A stretch of DNA of 53,556 bases from Patescibacteria group bacterium (GTDB taxonomy: Bacteria > Patescibacteriota > Minisyncoccia > UBA6257 > GWB1-50-10): NCBI GenBank assembly GCA_030017555.1, contig JASEIC010000003.1:1-53556 (forward strand), read 5' to 3'. The notes below the pieces were generated by a model. It had not been told where the DNA came from and ran no database searches. It saw only the letters and a program-made list of their open reading frames with translations. A program made the position numbers and the translations under genes. Of this stretch, positions 37,195-46,975 are shown in pieces (the first letter of the stretch is position 1; each line of letters begins with the position of its first letter).

Positions 37195-39699
37195 ATGCGC
37201 CACATTAAATATGAGCCGTATCCGGGAGATATAAAAGGATTATCTCAAAGAGAGGCTAAAAAGAAGTTTTTGGAATTTGGCCCGAATGTCGTCTATAAAA
37301 AAGAAAAATTGCGGCCGTTGGTTGTTTTTCTGGAGAAGTTTAAAAGTCCGCTTTTGGTTGTTTTAATTGTTGCTTCGGTAATTTCGTTTTTCTTGGGGGA
37401 AAGTATTAGCGCCGCGACTATTATTTTTATGGTTTTGCTTTCCGCGGTTTTAGATTTTGTAAATACTTATAAATCGGAAAAGGCGGCAAAACTTTTGAAT
37501 TCAAAAGTTATTACTAAAGCAGCGGTCATTAGGGATAATAAAGAAGAGGAAATTAATTTAAAAAATATCGTACCCGGCGATATTGTTCTTCTTTCGGCCG
37601 GTAATATCGTGCCGGCAGATTGCGAACTTATTTCCGCCAAAGATTTTTTTATTGATCAATCTTCATTAACCGGAGAATCTTTTCCGATCGAAAAAAGACC
37701 TAGAGATTTAAGTGTTGAGGAAAAAGAAAAAAATAATTCTTTATTAAATACCGAACATCTTCTTTTTATGGGTACGACGGTTTTAACTGGTTATGCCACT
37801 GCCGTTGTGCGATTGACCGGCACTCGGACTGAATTTGGCAAAGTAGCGTTGCGGCTTTCGCAGGAGGCGCCGGAAACTGAATTTGAAAAAGGCGTAAAAC
37901 GTTTTAGTTTTTTTATGATGCGTGTAACTTTGGTTCTGGTTTCAGTTGTTTTTTTAATAAACGCATTAAGTAAAGATGTTTTTGATTCTTTTCTTTTTGC
38001 TATAGCGGTGGCGGTCGGACTTACGCCGGAACTTTTACCGGTAATTATGACGATAGCAATGAGTCATGGTTCGCTTAAAATGTCCAAGAAAGACGTGATT
38101 GTAAAAAATCTTTCGGCGATTCCAAGTTTCGGCAGTATGAACATTCTTTGTACCGATAAAACCGGCACACTTACGGAAAATAAAATTGTGCTTGTTAAGT
38201 ATCTTGATGTTTTTGGGGAAAAAGCCGATTCGGTTTTATTCTACGCTTATTTAAATAGTATTTTTCACACCTCGATTAAAAGCCCGTTAGATGACGCAAT
38301 TCAATCTTTTAAAGAATTGGCGGTTTCCGGTTATTACAAAATTGATGAAGTGCCTTTTGATTTTTCGCGGCGTCGCGATTCGATAGTTGTTGAAAAAGAA
38401 GGAGTAAGAACCATGATTACCAAGGGTGCGCCGGAGGATGTTTTGAGATCAGCAAAATTTTATCTGAAAAATAATCGTAAAAATATTATAAGTCAAAAAA
38501 TTAAAGAAGATATTCAAAACCAATTTAATTTTTTGAGCAACGATGGTTTTCGAGTGCTTGGGGTGGCGATAAAAAAAATCAATCAAAACAACAAAAAGGT
38601 TTATGAGGAGAAAGATGAGCGCGATATGGTTTTTTTGGGTTTTGTGGCTTTTCTTGATCCGCCAAAAAAAACCGTTACAGGAACTTTACGGGAATTAGAA
38701 CGACTTGGTCTCGAAATCAAAATTTTAACCGGGGATAGTGAAATTTTAACTGAAAAAATTTGTAAGGAAATTAATCTGTCAATAAAAGGCGTAATAACCG
38801 GCAAGGAGGTTAAAAATATGAGCGATGGCGAACTTGAACATCGCGTTTTGCGGACTACGATTTTTGCCCGTGTTTCGCCCGATGATAAAGTTCGTATTAT
38901 TTTAGCGCTTAAGAAAATCGGCAAAGCGGTCGGTTATTTAGGTGATGGTATAAATGATGCGCCGGCGCTTAGGGCCGCTGACATCGGTATTTCAGTGAAT
39001 AACGCCGTTGATGTAGCTAAGGAGAGCGCCGATATTATTCTCCTTCAGAAAAGCTTGCATGTCTTGAAAGACGGGGTTATTGAAGGCAGAAAGACTTTTC
39101 AGAATACCATAAAATATATTCTTATGAATTTTAGTTCCAATTTCGGCAATATGATTTCTATGACGGGGATTTCGTTTTTTATTCCGTTTTTGCCGATGTT
39201 ACCTCAGCAAATACTTCTCAATAATTTTATTTATGATACGAGTCAAGTAACTTTACCGACCGATTCGGTTGATGAAAGCGATATTGATCGGCCAGTTTTT
39301 TGGGATTTGAAATTTATTAAAAGATTTATGTTGGTTTTCGGGTCAATTAGTTCTGTTTTTGATTTTTTGACTTTTGCTGTTTTGATCTGGATTTTTAAAT
39401 TTTCGGGCAGTCATTTTCAAACAGGCTGGTTTATTGTTTCTCTCGCCACCCAAGTTTTTGTGATATATATTATTCGTACCAGAAAAATACCATTTTTAAA
39501 AAGCAGTCCCAGCAAACCGCTTTTTATTACTACTCTTGTTGCGGTAGTTATTGGTTGGATTATTCCTTATACGTCACTTGCTCGCGTTTTCGGTTTTTCT
39601 CAATTACCAATTTCTGTTTTAATTGCTAGTTTTGCAATTATGATTGCTTATTTAGCAGTTGTGGAGATTGCAAAAAGAAGATTTTATCGAAAGTTTTAA
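37195..39699 (+). CDS. mgtA: Mg2+-importing P-type ATPase
   Basis: TGES, AVGLTPELLP, DKTGTLT, PFDF.RRR, LDPPK, GDGIND, SSNFGNM, FQTGWF. Confidence 0.93.
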   Translation: MRHIKYEPYPGDIKGLSQREAKKKFLEFGPNVVYKKEKLRPLVVFLEKFKSPLLVVLIVASVISFFLGESISAATIIFMVLLSAVLDFVNTYKSEKAAKLLNSKVITKAAVIRDNKEEEINLKNIVPGDIVLLSAGNIVPADCELISAKDFFIDQSSLTGESFPIEKRPRDLSVEEKEKNNSLLNTEHLLFMGTTVLTGYATAVVRLTGTRTEFGKVALRLSQEAPETEFEKGVKRFSFFMMRVTLVLVSVVFLINALSKDVFDSFLFAIAVAVGLTPELLPVIMTIAMSHGSLKMSKKDVIVKNLSAIPSFGSMNILCTDKTGTLTENKIVLVKYLDVFGEKADSVLFYAYLNSIFHTSIKSPLDDAIQSFKELAVSGYYKIDEVPFDFSRRRDSIVVEKEGVRTMITKGAPEDVLRSAKFYLKNNRKNIISQKIKEDIQNQFNFLSNDGFRVLGVAIKKINQNNKKVYEEKDERDMVFLGFVAFLDPPKKTVTGTLRELERLGLEIKILTGDSEILTEKICKEINLSIKGVITGKEVKNMSDGELEHRVLRTTIFARVSPDDKVRIILALKKIGKAVGYLGDGINDAPALRAADIGISVNNAVDVAKESADIILLQKSLHVLKDGVIEGRKTFQNTIKYILMNFSSNFGNMISMTGISFFIPFLPMLPQQILLNNFIYDTSQVTLPTDSVDESDIDRPVFWDLKFIKRFMLVFGSISSVFDFLTFAVLIWIFKFSGSHFQTGWFIVSLATQVFVIYIIRTRKIPFLKSSPSKPLFITTLVAVVIGWIIPYTSLARVFGFSQLPISVLIASFAIMIAYLAVVEIAKRRFYRKF

Positions 39700-39700
39700 T

Positions 39701-39729
39701 TTGACATTTTTTAGTTGCAGTATTAAAAT
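39701..39729 (+). promoter_or_regulatory. Sigma70 promoter
   Basis: TTGACA-17nt-TAAAAT. Confidence 0.6.
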
Positions 39730-39767
39730 AAGGAAAAGTTCTTTGATAAATTTAAAAAGGAAAAACA

Positions 39768-40349
39768 ATGAAAGAAATTTATATTTCTATTGACGTGGAA
39801 ACGACTGGGCCGATTCCTAGTGAATATAGCATGTATCAATTGGGTGCTTGCATGGTAGGTAAATTTGATGTTCTGTTTTTTAAAGAAATCAAACTTTTAA
39901 ATGAAAATTTTGAGCAGAGCGCATTAGATTCTTGTAAGGTAACAATTGAGGAATTAAAAAATAAAGGCGAAGATCCGATTATTGTGATGGATTCTTTTGA
40001 TTCTTGGATAAAAGAGGCGATTGGCAATTGCCGGCCGGTTTTTATTGGTTTTAACGCTACATTTGATTGGATGTTTTTGCATTGGTATTTTATTAAATTT
40101 TTAAAGAAAAATCCTTTTGGCATCAGCGGTTTGGATATCAAGGCTTATTATATGGGCATGATGAATAAAAAATGGGGAGACACAACAAAGCGGGAAATAA
40201 AAAAGAAAATGCATTTATCATTGCCGCATACACACAATGCTTTGAGTGATGCTATTGAACAGGCCGAAATTTTTGAGAAACTTTTAGAAAAAAATGATGA
40301 CATTCGAAGAAAATTGAGAAATGCTTTAATTTTAAAAGCTGCTTCTTGA
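39768..40349 (+). CDS. DEDDh 3'-5' exo(ribo)nuclease
   Basis: ISIDVETTG, FNATFDW, HNALSDA. Confidence 0.85.
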   Translation: MKEIYISIDVETTGPIPSEYSMYQLGACMVGKFDVLFFKEIKLLNENFEQSALDSCKVTIEELKNKGEDPIIVMDSFDSWIKEAIGNCRPVFIGFNATFDWMFLHWYFIKFLKKNPFGISGLDIKAYYMGMMNKKWGDTTKREIKKKMHLSLPHTHNALSDAIEQAEIFEKLLEKNDDIRRKLRNALILKAAS

Positions 40350-40360
40350 GGCGGCTTTTT
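40334..40360 (+). terminator. Intrinsic terminator overlapping the stop codon
   Basis: AAAAGCTGCTT...GGCGGCTTTTT. Confidence 0.55.
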
Positions 40361-40463
40361 GTTTGCGTTTTTTGACTTTAATTGCGTTTTCAGTATACTA
40401 GATAAAAAGATGAAATACGCTTTTTCATTCTTTTAATAATTCAGGATTTTTATTTTCGTTGTT

Positions 40464-41246
40464 ATGAGTAAAAAATTTGTAGTTCTTATAATTTTTTTAG
40501 TATTGATTTTTGTTTCAGTTGTGTTTTTTAGGATTAGTCCGTCTGGCGTGACTTTGTTTCAGAATTTGGAACAAAGCGGAAGGTGGCTTCCTTTTATAAT
40601 TGGCGCTTCCGCGCTTATCGATAGCATTAATCCTTGCGCTTTTTCCGTGCTTTTGCTTACAATCGCTTTTCTTTTTAGTATTGGTAAATTACGTTCGAGT
40701 ATCTTGAAGATAGGAGTGTCTTATGTTTTTGGAGTTTTTTTAGTTTATATTCTGATTGGTTTGGGTATTTTGGAGGCTCTTAGTTTTTTCGGTATTCCGC
40801 GTTTTATGTCCAGGATTGGGGCGACCATTCTGATTTTATTTGGTTTGATTGAAATAATTAACGAGTTTTTCCCAAGCTTTCCGATAAAATTAAAGATTCC
40901 ACAGAGCACTCATCATAAAATGGCCGAGCTTATGAAAAAAGCATCGTTCTTTACTGCTTTCCTTTTGGGCGGATTTGTTGGACTTTGTGAATTTCCCTGC
41001 ACCGGCGGTCCCTATCTTTTTGTTTTAGGATTATTACATGATCAGGCAACTTTCTTTAAGGGATTTGGTTATTTAGTTGTTTATAATCTTATTTTTGTAT
41101 TGCCGCTTGTAATTATTCTTTTTATTGCAAGCGATAAAATTCTCTTAGAAAAAGTTCGGGATTGGAAAAAAGATAAAACCGGAAAGATGAGATTGTGGGG
41201 AGGATTAATAATGGTCGTTTTGGGCATTTTTATCTTTGTCTTATAA
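40464..41246 (+). CDS. CcdA/DsbD-beta-like transmembrane electron transporter
   Basis: DSINPCAF and EFPCTGGPY cysteine pair in TM helices. Confidence 0.8.
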   Translation: MSKKFVVLIIFLVLIFVSVVFFRISPSGVTLFQNLEQSGRWLPFIIGASALIDSINPCAFSVLLLTIAFLFSIGKLRSSILKIGVSYVFGVFLVYILIGLGILEALSFFGIPRFMSRIGATILILFGLIEIINEFFPSFPIKLKIPQSTHHKMAELMKKASFFTAFLLGGFVGLCEFPCTGGPYLFVLGLLHDQATFFKGFGYLVVYNLIFVLPLVIILFIASDKILLEKVRDWKKDKTGKMRLWGGLIMVVLGIFIFVL

Positions 41247-41257
41247 TTATTAATAAT

Positions 41258-41779
41258 ATGAACACCCAACAAAAATTTGAAGAAGTAATAAAAAAAGTCG
41301 AAGCATTAAAAAAATCAGGAAGCGTCGATTTATCGAACGAAGAAGATTTAAGCATCGCAATTATGAATTTAATCAGTCTTGAAGAGCATTTTTACTTCAC
41401 TGGAGAAAAAACCGGAAAAAATGAATATTTTGATATGCTTAATGAAGTAAGATCAATGAGAAAAGAATTGCTATCGAGATTAATTGATAAGCACGAAGGT
41501 GAAACTTGGTGTATTACTAAGCACTTACTTGCGGCCACGATGCGTCTTATTGAAGTCGGCACAAAATTCCAATCCGACGGTAAGAAAAAAGAAGCGAGTG
41601 AAATGTTTGAGCGCGCCCATAAAACTTATTCAATGTTTTGGGCATTACGGTTAAAACTTATTGATATTTCCGGATTTAAAAAAATAGCAGCGAGTGAATC
41701 CATTCAAGATGCTCAAGATAAGAAACCATGGACGCTACAGGACATAGTTGATAAACTCGTTGATTGTTGCGATGAATAA
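41258..41779 (+). CDS. Helical hypothetical protein with His/Cys motifs and C-terminal CCDE
   Basis: SLEEHF, WCITKHL, VDCCDE; ATG at 41258. Confidence 0.6.
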   Translation: MNTQQKFEEVIKKVEALKKSGSVDLSNEEDLSIAIMNLISLEEHFYFTGEKTGKNEYFDMLNEVRSMRKELLSRLIDKHEGETWCITKHLLAATMRLIEVGTKFQSDGKKKEASEMFERAHKTYSMFWALRLKLIDISGFKKIAASESIQDAQDKKPWTLQDIVDKLVDCCDE

Positions 41780-42152
41780 AAAATCAATTATAAACATAGC
41801 TATTATTTTATTGGTTATAGTCTTAATTGCTGTAATGTGGTATTTTTCTCGTCCTGGAGGCGGAGTCTTTACAGATTTGGATGATTTTGCCAAATGTTTA
41901 ACGGGTAGAGGGGCGGTTATGTATGGAGCAGAATGGTGTTCTCATTGTCAGAATGAGAAAAAAGCTTTTGGCGATTCTTTTCAGTATATTAATTATGTTG
42001 AATGTCCTCAAGAACCTCAAAGATGCACAGCCGCCGGCATTGAAGGATATCCAACTTGGATTTTCAGCGATGGGAAAAAACTTGAGGGCGAACAAGGATT
42101 AAAAAGACTTTCTGAAGCAAGCAATTGTCCGCTTCAGGAGCAGATTAAATAA
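41772..42152 (+). CDS. Membrane-anchored thioredoxin-like protein
   Basis: FAKCL...MYGAEWCSHC, YVEC, GYPTW. Confidence 0.8.
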   Translation: MNKKSIINIAIILLVIVLIAVMWYFSRPGGGVFTDLDDFAKCLTGRGAVMYGAEWCSHCQNEKKAFGDSFQYINYVECPQEPQRCTAAGIEGYPTWIFSDGKKLEGEQGLKRLSEASNCPLQEQIK

Positions 42153-42248
42153 ATTAATCTAATTAAAAATACTAAGAAGGTCAGGAAAAATCCTGATTCT
42201 TTTAAAAATCGCGGAAATTGCGGTTTTAATGATAAAATAGTAAAAGGG

Positions 42249-43529
42249 ATGAAAATCAAAAATTTTAACAACCTTGCTTTAACGCCTATCCGTAAAAATC
42301 TTCTGGAAATAATAGAGGCGGGACTTCAGGCAATTGATACAAAAATTGTTTTGGAAAAAAACATAAAATATGAAAATAATAGACTTTTTATCAATGAGCA
42401 AGTTTTTGAAATTTTACCGCAGAATAAGGTTTTGGTTATTGGAATAGGTAAGTGTTCGTTTGACGCGGGTCTCGCAATGGAAAAAATCCTTGGTGATCGA
42501 ATAAATGACGGCATTGTTTTTGATATTCGCGGCGGGCAGTTAAAGAAACTAAAATCTTTTGTCGGTACTCATCCATATCCCAGTGATAAAAATGTTGATG
42601 CGACAAAGGAGATAATAAAATTACTTTCTAATTTGGAGAAGGAAGATTTAGTAATTTTTATTATTTCGGGTGGCGGGTCAACTTTACTTTGTCAGCCCAC
42701 CAATTTTGAGCCGGAAGAAGAAACGAATCTTATTAAATATTTATTTAAAGCTGGCGCCGACATAGAAAAAATAAATATTGTTCGTAAACACATTTCTTTG
42801 GCTCGTGGCGGTAATCTTGCAAAATTTGCTTATCCGTCGCGAGCGGTATCGCTTATTTTTTCAGACGTGCCCGGCGATAATTTAGAATTTATTGCGTCCG
42901 GTCCAACCGTGAGAGATACCACGACTGTTGTCCAGGCCGAAGATTTGTTAAGAAAATATAACGCAAGAGAGATGGGTGATTTTAAAGGGCAATTAGTTGA
43001 AACGCCTAAGGAAGATAAATATTTTGAGAATTTGAAAAATATTTTGATTGTTACTAATCGGATTGCGTTGGATGTTATGGTAAAAAAAGCAAATGAATTT
43101 GGTTTTAAATCAAAAATTATGACAAATCAATTATATGGAGAGGCGCGTGAAATTGGCAAAAAAGTAATAAATGATTTAGAAATAGCCGGCCCTCGAGCAG
43201 CATTATTTTATGGAGGCGAAACAACAGTTTCAATAAAAGTCAGCGGCAAGGGTGGTCGTAATCAGGAACTGGTTTTGTCCGCGCTTCGGTTTGTAGGCGA
43301 TAATCAGATTGTGGCGTCAATTGCTTCAGATGGTCGTGACAATACTGAATTTGGCGGCGCAATTTGTGATAAAATAACCAAAGAAAGAGCGCAAAGGTTA
43401 AATTTGGATCCAAAAAAACATTTAGAGGAAAATAATTCGTTCGAATTTTTCTCTAAAACTGGTGATTATCTCTTAACAGGAGATACCGGATCAAATGTTT
43501 CGGATTTAATTATTGCTATCAATGAATAA
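42249..43529 (+). CDS. Glycerate 2-kinase (DUF4147/MOFRL family)
   Basis: GIGK, HP.P, ISGGGS, VRKHIS..RGG, SDVPGD..IASGPT, GGETTV, GGRNQE, TGSNVSD. Confidence 0.9.
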   Translation: MKIKNFNNLALTPIRKNLLEIIEAGLQAIDTKIVLEKNIKYENNRLFINEQVFEILPQNKVLVIGIGKCSFDAGLAMEKILGDRINDGIVFDIRGGQLKKLKSFVGTHPYPSDKNVDATKEIIKLLSNLEKEDLVIFIISGGGSTLLCQPTNFEPEEETNLIKYLFKAGADIEKINIVRKHISLARGGNLAKFAYPSRAVSLIFSDVPGDNLEFIASGPTVRDTTTVVQAEDLLRKYNAREMGDFKGQLVETPKEDKYFENLKNILIVTNRIALDVMVKKANEFGFKSKIMTNQLYGEAREIGKKVINDLEIAGPRAALFYGGETTVSIKVSGKGGRNQELVLSALRFVGDNQIVASIASDGRDNTEFGGAICDKITKERAQRLNLDPKKHLEENNSFEFFSKTGDYLLTGDTGSNVSDLIIAINE

Positions 43530-43530
43530 C

Positions 43531-43657
43531 CCCTCACCCTTCAAAGATTGTTTAATACAAAAATCAAAAACATCCTTATGAATCATAAGCAATTAAAAAC
43601 AACAAGTTCCAAAACGCTTCTCTGGTCGCGAAGCGACTTATCTTTGAAAGGTGAGGG
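43531..43657. mobile_element. 127-bp MITE-like element with 18-bp terminal inverted repeats and an ATGAATAA target-site duplication
   Basis: CCCTCACCCTTCAAAGAT ... ATCTTTGAAAGGTGAGGG (1 mismatch); ATGAATAA at 43522-43529 and 43658-43665. Confidence 0.72.
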
Positions 43658-46066
43658 ATGAATAAAAAACAAAAATTAATACTTTGGTTTAAAGATATTG
43701 GCATTGAAGATGTGCCTCTTGTTGGAGGAAAAAATGCGTCTTTAGGCGAAATGATAAAAAATTTAGTGCCTAAAGGAATGAATATTCCCGATGGTTTTGT
43801 CGTAACGGCTTATGCTTATCAAAAATTTTTAGAAAAAACGGGTTTAAAGCAGTTTATTAAAAAAACATTAACCGGGTTAAACACAAAGAATCTTTCTGAT
43901 TTATCGAAGCGCGCTAAGCTTATTCGCGAAACTTTTAAAAAAACAGAATTTTCAGAAGATTTAAAAATGGAAATTGTTAAAGCTTATCGAATTTTCGATA
44001 AGTTATATCCGGGCACGGTTGATGTGGCGGTCAGGTCAAGCGCGACGGCCGAGGATTTGCCTGGCGCGAGTTTTGCTGGTGAACATGAAACTTATTTGAA
44101 CATCAGAGGCGAAAAAGAAGTTTTAAAAGCGGTTCGAGCCGCCATGGCGTCACTTTTTACTGACCGGGCTATTTCTTATCGGGTTGATAAAGGATTTGAT
44201 CATTTTAAGGTAGCCCTTTCAGTGGGTGTCCAGAAAATGGTTCGTTCCGACCTTCATTCTTCGGGTGTAATGTTTACGCTTGATACTGAATCGGGTTTTA
44301 AAGATATTGTGCTTATTAACGGTTCGTGGGGTTTGGGAGAAATGATTGTTCAGGGAGAAGTGACGCCCGATGAGTTTCTTGTTTTTAAAAGGAAAATTGG
44401 AATTGCCTCAAAACCAATTATTGATAAAAAGCTCGGTCAAAAAAATCGGAAAATGATTTATTCAACCGGCGCCGGCATTAAGAAAACAAAAATTATCCCG
44501 ACATCTCAAAAAGAAAAGCAAACTTTTGTGCTTAATGATCAAGAAATTTTAAAACTTGCTAAATGGGCCAAGTTTATTGAAGACCATTATACAAAAAAAC
44601 GCGGCAAATGGACGCCAATGGATATTGAGTGGGCAAAAGACGGAAAAACCGGTGAGCTTTTTATTGTTCAAGCTCGGCCGGAAACTGTTCATGCGGAAAG
44701 AGATTTTTCAAAAATTAAAGAATACACAAGAAAAGAAAATGGCGCTTTACTGGTTCAAGGCGCTTCGGTTGGGAGCAAGATTGTTACTGGTAAAGTTAAT
44801 ATTATTTTGGACGCGAAAAATATAAAAACTTTTAAAAAAGACGAGGTGCTTGTAACTGATATGACTGATCCTGATTGGGAACCGATTATGAAAATTGCTT
44901 CGGCTATTATTACCGATAAGGGCGGTCGGACATCTCATGCGGCTATTGTTTCGCGCGAATTAGGCATTCCTTGTATTGTTGGGACGGAAAATGCGACTCG
45001 TAAATTAAAAACCGGGCAGGTCGTTACAGTTGATACAACCGGCAGTAAGGGATATGTTTTTGCCGGCGTTTTGAAATTTAGTGTAAATGAGCGCGATGTA
45101 AAAAAGCTGCCATCCGCCAGTTGGCGGACGAAAACTAAAATTATGGTGAATATAGCAACGCCAGATACGGCTTTTGAAAAATCATTTTTACCGACTTCGG
45201 GCGTTGGTCTTGCTCGAGAAGAATTTATTATTGCTTCAGAGATCGGCATTCATCCAAACGCACTTCTTGATTTTAGAAATCTTAAAGACAAAAAACTTAT
45301 TGCCGTCATTGGAAAAAAAACAGTTGGCTATGATGATAAAATTAAATTTTATGTTGATAAATTAGCATACGGTATTGCTAAAATCTGCGTGGCTTTTTAT
45401 CCAAAGTCAGTAATTGTAAGATTTTCTGATTTTAAGACTAATGAATATCGAACGCTTTTAGGCGGTGATATTTATGAACCGAATGAAGAAAATCCAATGA
45501 TTGGTTGGCGTGGCGCTTCGCGTTATTATCATCCAAAATTTGCGAAGGCCTTTGCGCTTGAGTGTAGGGCAATTAAGAAAGTTAGAGGCGAAATGGGTTT
45601 GGATAATATAATTCCAATGATTCCATTTTGCCGAACAGTTGAAGAAGGGCAAAAGGTAATTGAGATTATGGTTCAAAACGGCCTTGATCGCAAAAAAGAC
45701 AAAACTTTAAAAGTTTATGTAATGTGTGAAATACCATCAAATGTTATTTTAGCCGATAAGTTTTTAGATATTTTTGACGGTATGTCTATTGGTTCTAATG
45801 ATTTGACCCAGCTTACGGTTGGTATTGATCGCGATGGCAACGAGCTTATTCGCGGTATTGCTAACGAAAAAGACGAATCAGTAAAAACTTTAATTCGGGA
45901 AGTTATTCAAGTTTGTAAAAAACGAAAAAAATATATTGGCATTTGCGGACAGGGTCCGTCAGATTATCCTGATTTTGCGGAATTTTTAGTCAAACAAGGA
46001 ATTGAAAGCATATCATTGAATCCCGACACAGTCATAAAAACGATTTTGATGATTAGTAAGAAATAA
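43658..46066 (+). CDS. ppsA: Phosphoenolpyruvate synthase (pyruvate, water dikinase)
   Basis: VGGKNASLGEM, AVRSSATAEDL, DIEWAKD, QARPETV, GGRTSHAAI, EENPM.GWRG, SIGSNDLTQ, GICGQ. Confidence 0.97.
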   Translation: MNKKQKLILWFKDIGIEDVPLVGGKNASLGEMIKNLVPKGMNIPDGFVVTAYAYQKFLEKTGLKQFIKKTLTGLNTKNLSDLSKRAKLIRETFKKTEFSEDLKMEIVKAYRIFDKLYPGTVDVAVRSSATAEDLPGASFAGEHETYLNIRGEKEVLKAVRAAMASLFTDRAISYRVDKGFDHFKVALSVGVQKMVRSDLHSSGVMFTLDTESGFKDIVLINGSWGLGEMIVQGEVTPDEFLVFKRKIGIASKPIIDKKLGQKNRKMIYSTGAGIKKTKIIPTSQKEKQTFVLNDQEILKLAKWAKFIEDHYTKKRGKWTPMDIEWAKDGKTGELFIVQARPETVHAERDFSKIKEYTRKENGALLVQGASVGSKIVTGKVNIILDAKNIKTFKKDEVLVTDMTDPDWEPIMKIASAIITDKGGRTSHAAIVSRELGIPCIVGTENATRKLKTGQVVTVDTTGSKGYVFAGVLKFSVNERDVKKLPSASWRTKTKIMVNIATPDTAFEKSFLPTSGVGLAREEFIIASEIGIHPNALLDFRNLKDKKLIAVIGKKTVGYDDKIKFYVDKLAYGIAKICVAFYPKSVIVRFSDFKTNEYRTLLGGDIYEPNEENPMIGWRGASRYYHPKFAKAFALECRAIKKVRGEMGLDNIIPMIPFCRTVEEGQKVIEIMVQNGLDRKKDKTLKVYVMCEIPSNVILADKFLDIFDGMSIGSNDLTQLTVGIDRDGNELIRGIANEKDESVKTLIREVIQVCKKRKKYIGICGQGPSDYPDFAEFLVKQGIESISLNPDTVIKTILMISKK
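45113..45128. repeat. 16-bp palindrome in-frame within ppsA, identical to 34482-34497
   Basis: TCCGCCAGTTGGCGGA encoding SASWR. Confidence 0.75.
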
Positions 46067-46078
46067 AATAAGTTATTT

Positions 46079-46357
46079 ATGGCGATTATCAAGAAAAAAT
46101 GTTGGCCGGAATGGTTTGATAAATTTTGTTCGGGCGAAAGAACATTTGAATTAAGATTAGCTGATTTTGATCTTAAGGACGGTGATATTCTTTTGTTTGA
46201 AGAATATGATCCAAAATTAAAGAAATATACAGGAAGAGAAGCTAGATTTAAATGTATAAAAGTTGAACATTCCGCTCAAAATCCTTTGCAATTTTATGAT
46301 GTTGAAGATGTAAAAAAACATGGTTTTTGGATTATTAAATTAAAAAAAGAAAAATAG
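46079..46357 (+). CDS. ASCH/DUF3850-like small protein
   Basis: KK.WPE.F....SG..TFELR..DF..GD.L...E.D..YTGR. Confidence 0.75.
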   Translation: MAIIKKKCWPEWFDKFCSGERTFELRLADFDLKDGDILLFEEYDPKLKKYTGREARFKCIKVEHSAQNPLQFYDVEDVKKHGFWIIKLKKEK

Positions 46358-46368
46358 TATAGAAAATA

Positions 46369-46391
46369 AAAAGCCCCGATATGGGGCTTTT
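46369..46391. terminator. Intrinsic terminator
   Basis: AAAAGCCCC-GATAT-GGGGCTTTT. Confidence 0.75.
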
Positions 46392-46467
46392 GAATTAGTG
46401 CAAATTGACAATCAAATATTAGTTATGTTTAACTGTATAAGGTTCAAAAGTAATTTAAAAACTAAAC

Positions 46468-46758
46468 ATGAAAGGAAATATAGAAACGAGTGAATTTTTT
46501 TCAATAAATAAAGGAGATTTGTTAGTAATCAGGATAGTGGGAATGTCTGGTAAATATATTGCTGAAGTGATTAGAAAATATCCTTTGAAGCTTAAAGTTA
46601 CGGAAGCCGGCCCATTTGCTAAACTGATTCAAAAAGATTTAAAATTAAACAAGCTTCTTCATGAAGCAGTTGTTTCTGGGAAGCCGCTTATTTCAGGATT
46701 GAAGTGTCTCGGTGTTATTGATAATAAACTTCATGAGATATTGCCATTTGAAAATTAA
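46468..46758 (+). CDS. Hypothetical protein
   Basis: 96-aa ORF with TTGACA upstream; no recognised motif. Confidence 0.4.
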   Translation: MKGNIETSEFFSINKGDLLVIRIVGMSGKYIAEVIRKYPLKLKVTEAGPFAKLIQKDLKLNKLLHEAVVSGKPLISGLKCLGVIDNKLHEILPFEN

Positions 46759-46775
46759 CAAAAAAAGGATAATAA

Positions 46776-46909
46776 ATGAAAAATGTGATTGCAATAGTGC
46801 TTGCCGGCGGTGCGGGAAAACGTTTGCGCGTGCTTACGATAAAAGAAGCAAAACCCGCGGATTTTTTGTGGAAGATGGTATTACAATTGTAACCGCTGAT
46901 ATGTTTTAA
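46776..46909 (+). pseudogene. glgC: Internally deleted GlgC-like (ADP-glucose pyrophosphorylase) gene
   Basis: MKNVIAIVLAGGAGKRLRVLTIKEAKPA joined out of frame to FFVEDGITIVTADMF*, resembling the GlgC N- and C-termini. Confidence 0.65.
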
Positions 46910-46925
46910 AAAATAAGTGAAATAG

Positions 46926-46952
46926 AAAACCCCGAAATTTTTTCGGGGTTTT
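46926..46952. terminator. Bidirectional terminator
   Basis: AAAACCCCGAAA-TTT-TTTCGGGGTTTT between convergent genes. Confidence 0.8.
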
Positions 46953-46975
46953 ATTATTTTAAAATAATTAAAATT

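Noticed and set aside
41690-41722. Possible decayed palindromic insert (ASESIQDAQDK) in the CCDE protein
   Set aside because: No clear dyad symmetry left; cannot be supported without ortholog alignment
46712-46909. 65-aa ORF with apparent CxC/CxxC motifs
   Set aside because: Off-frame reading of the glgC remnant
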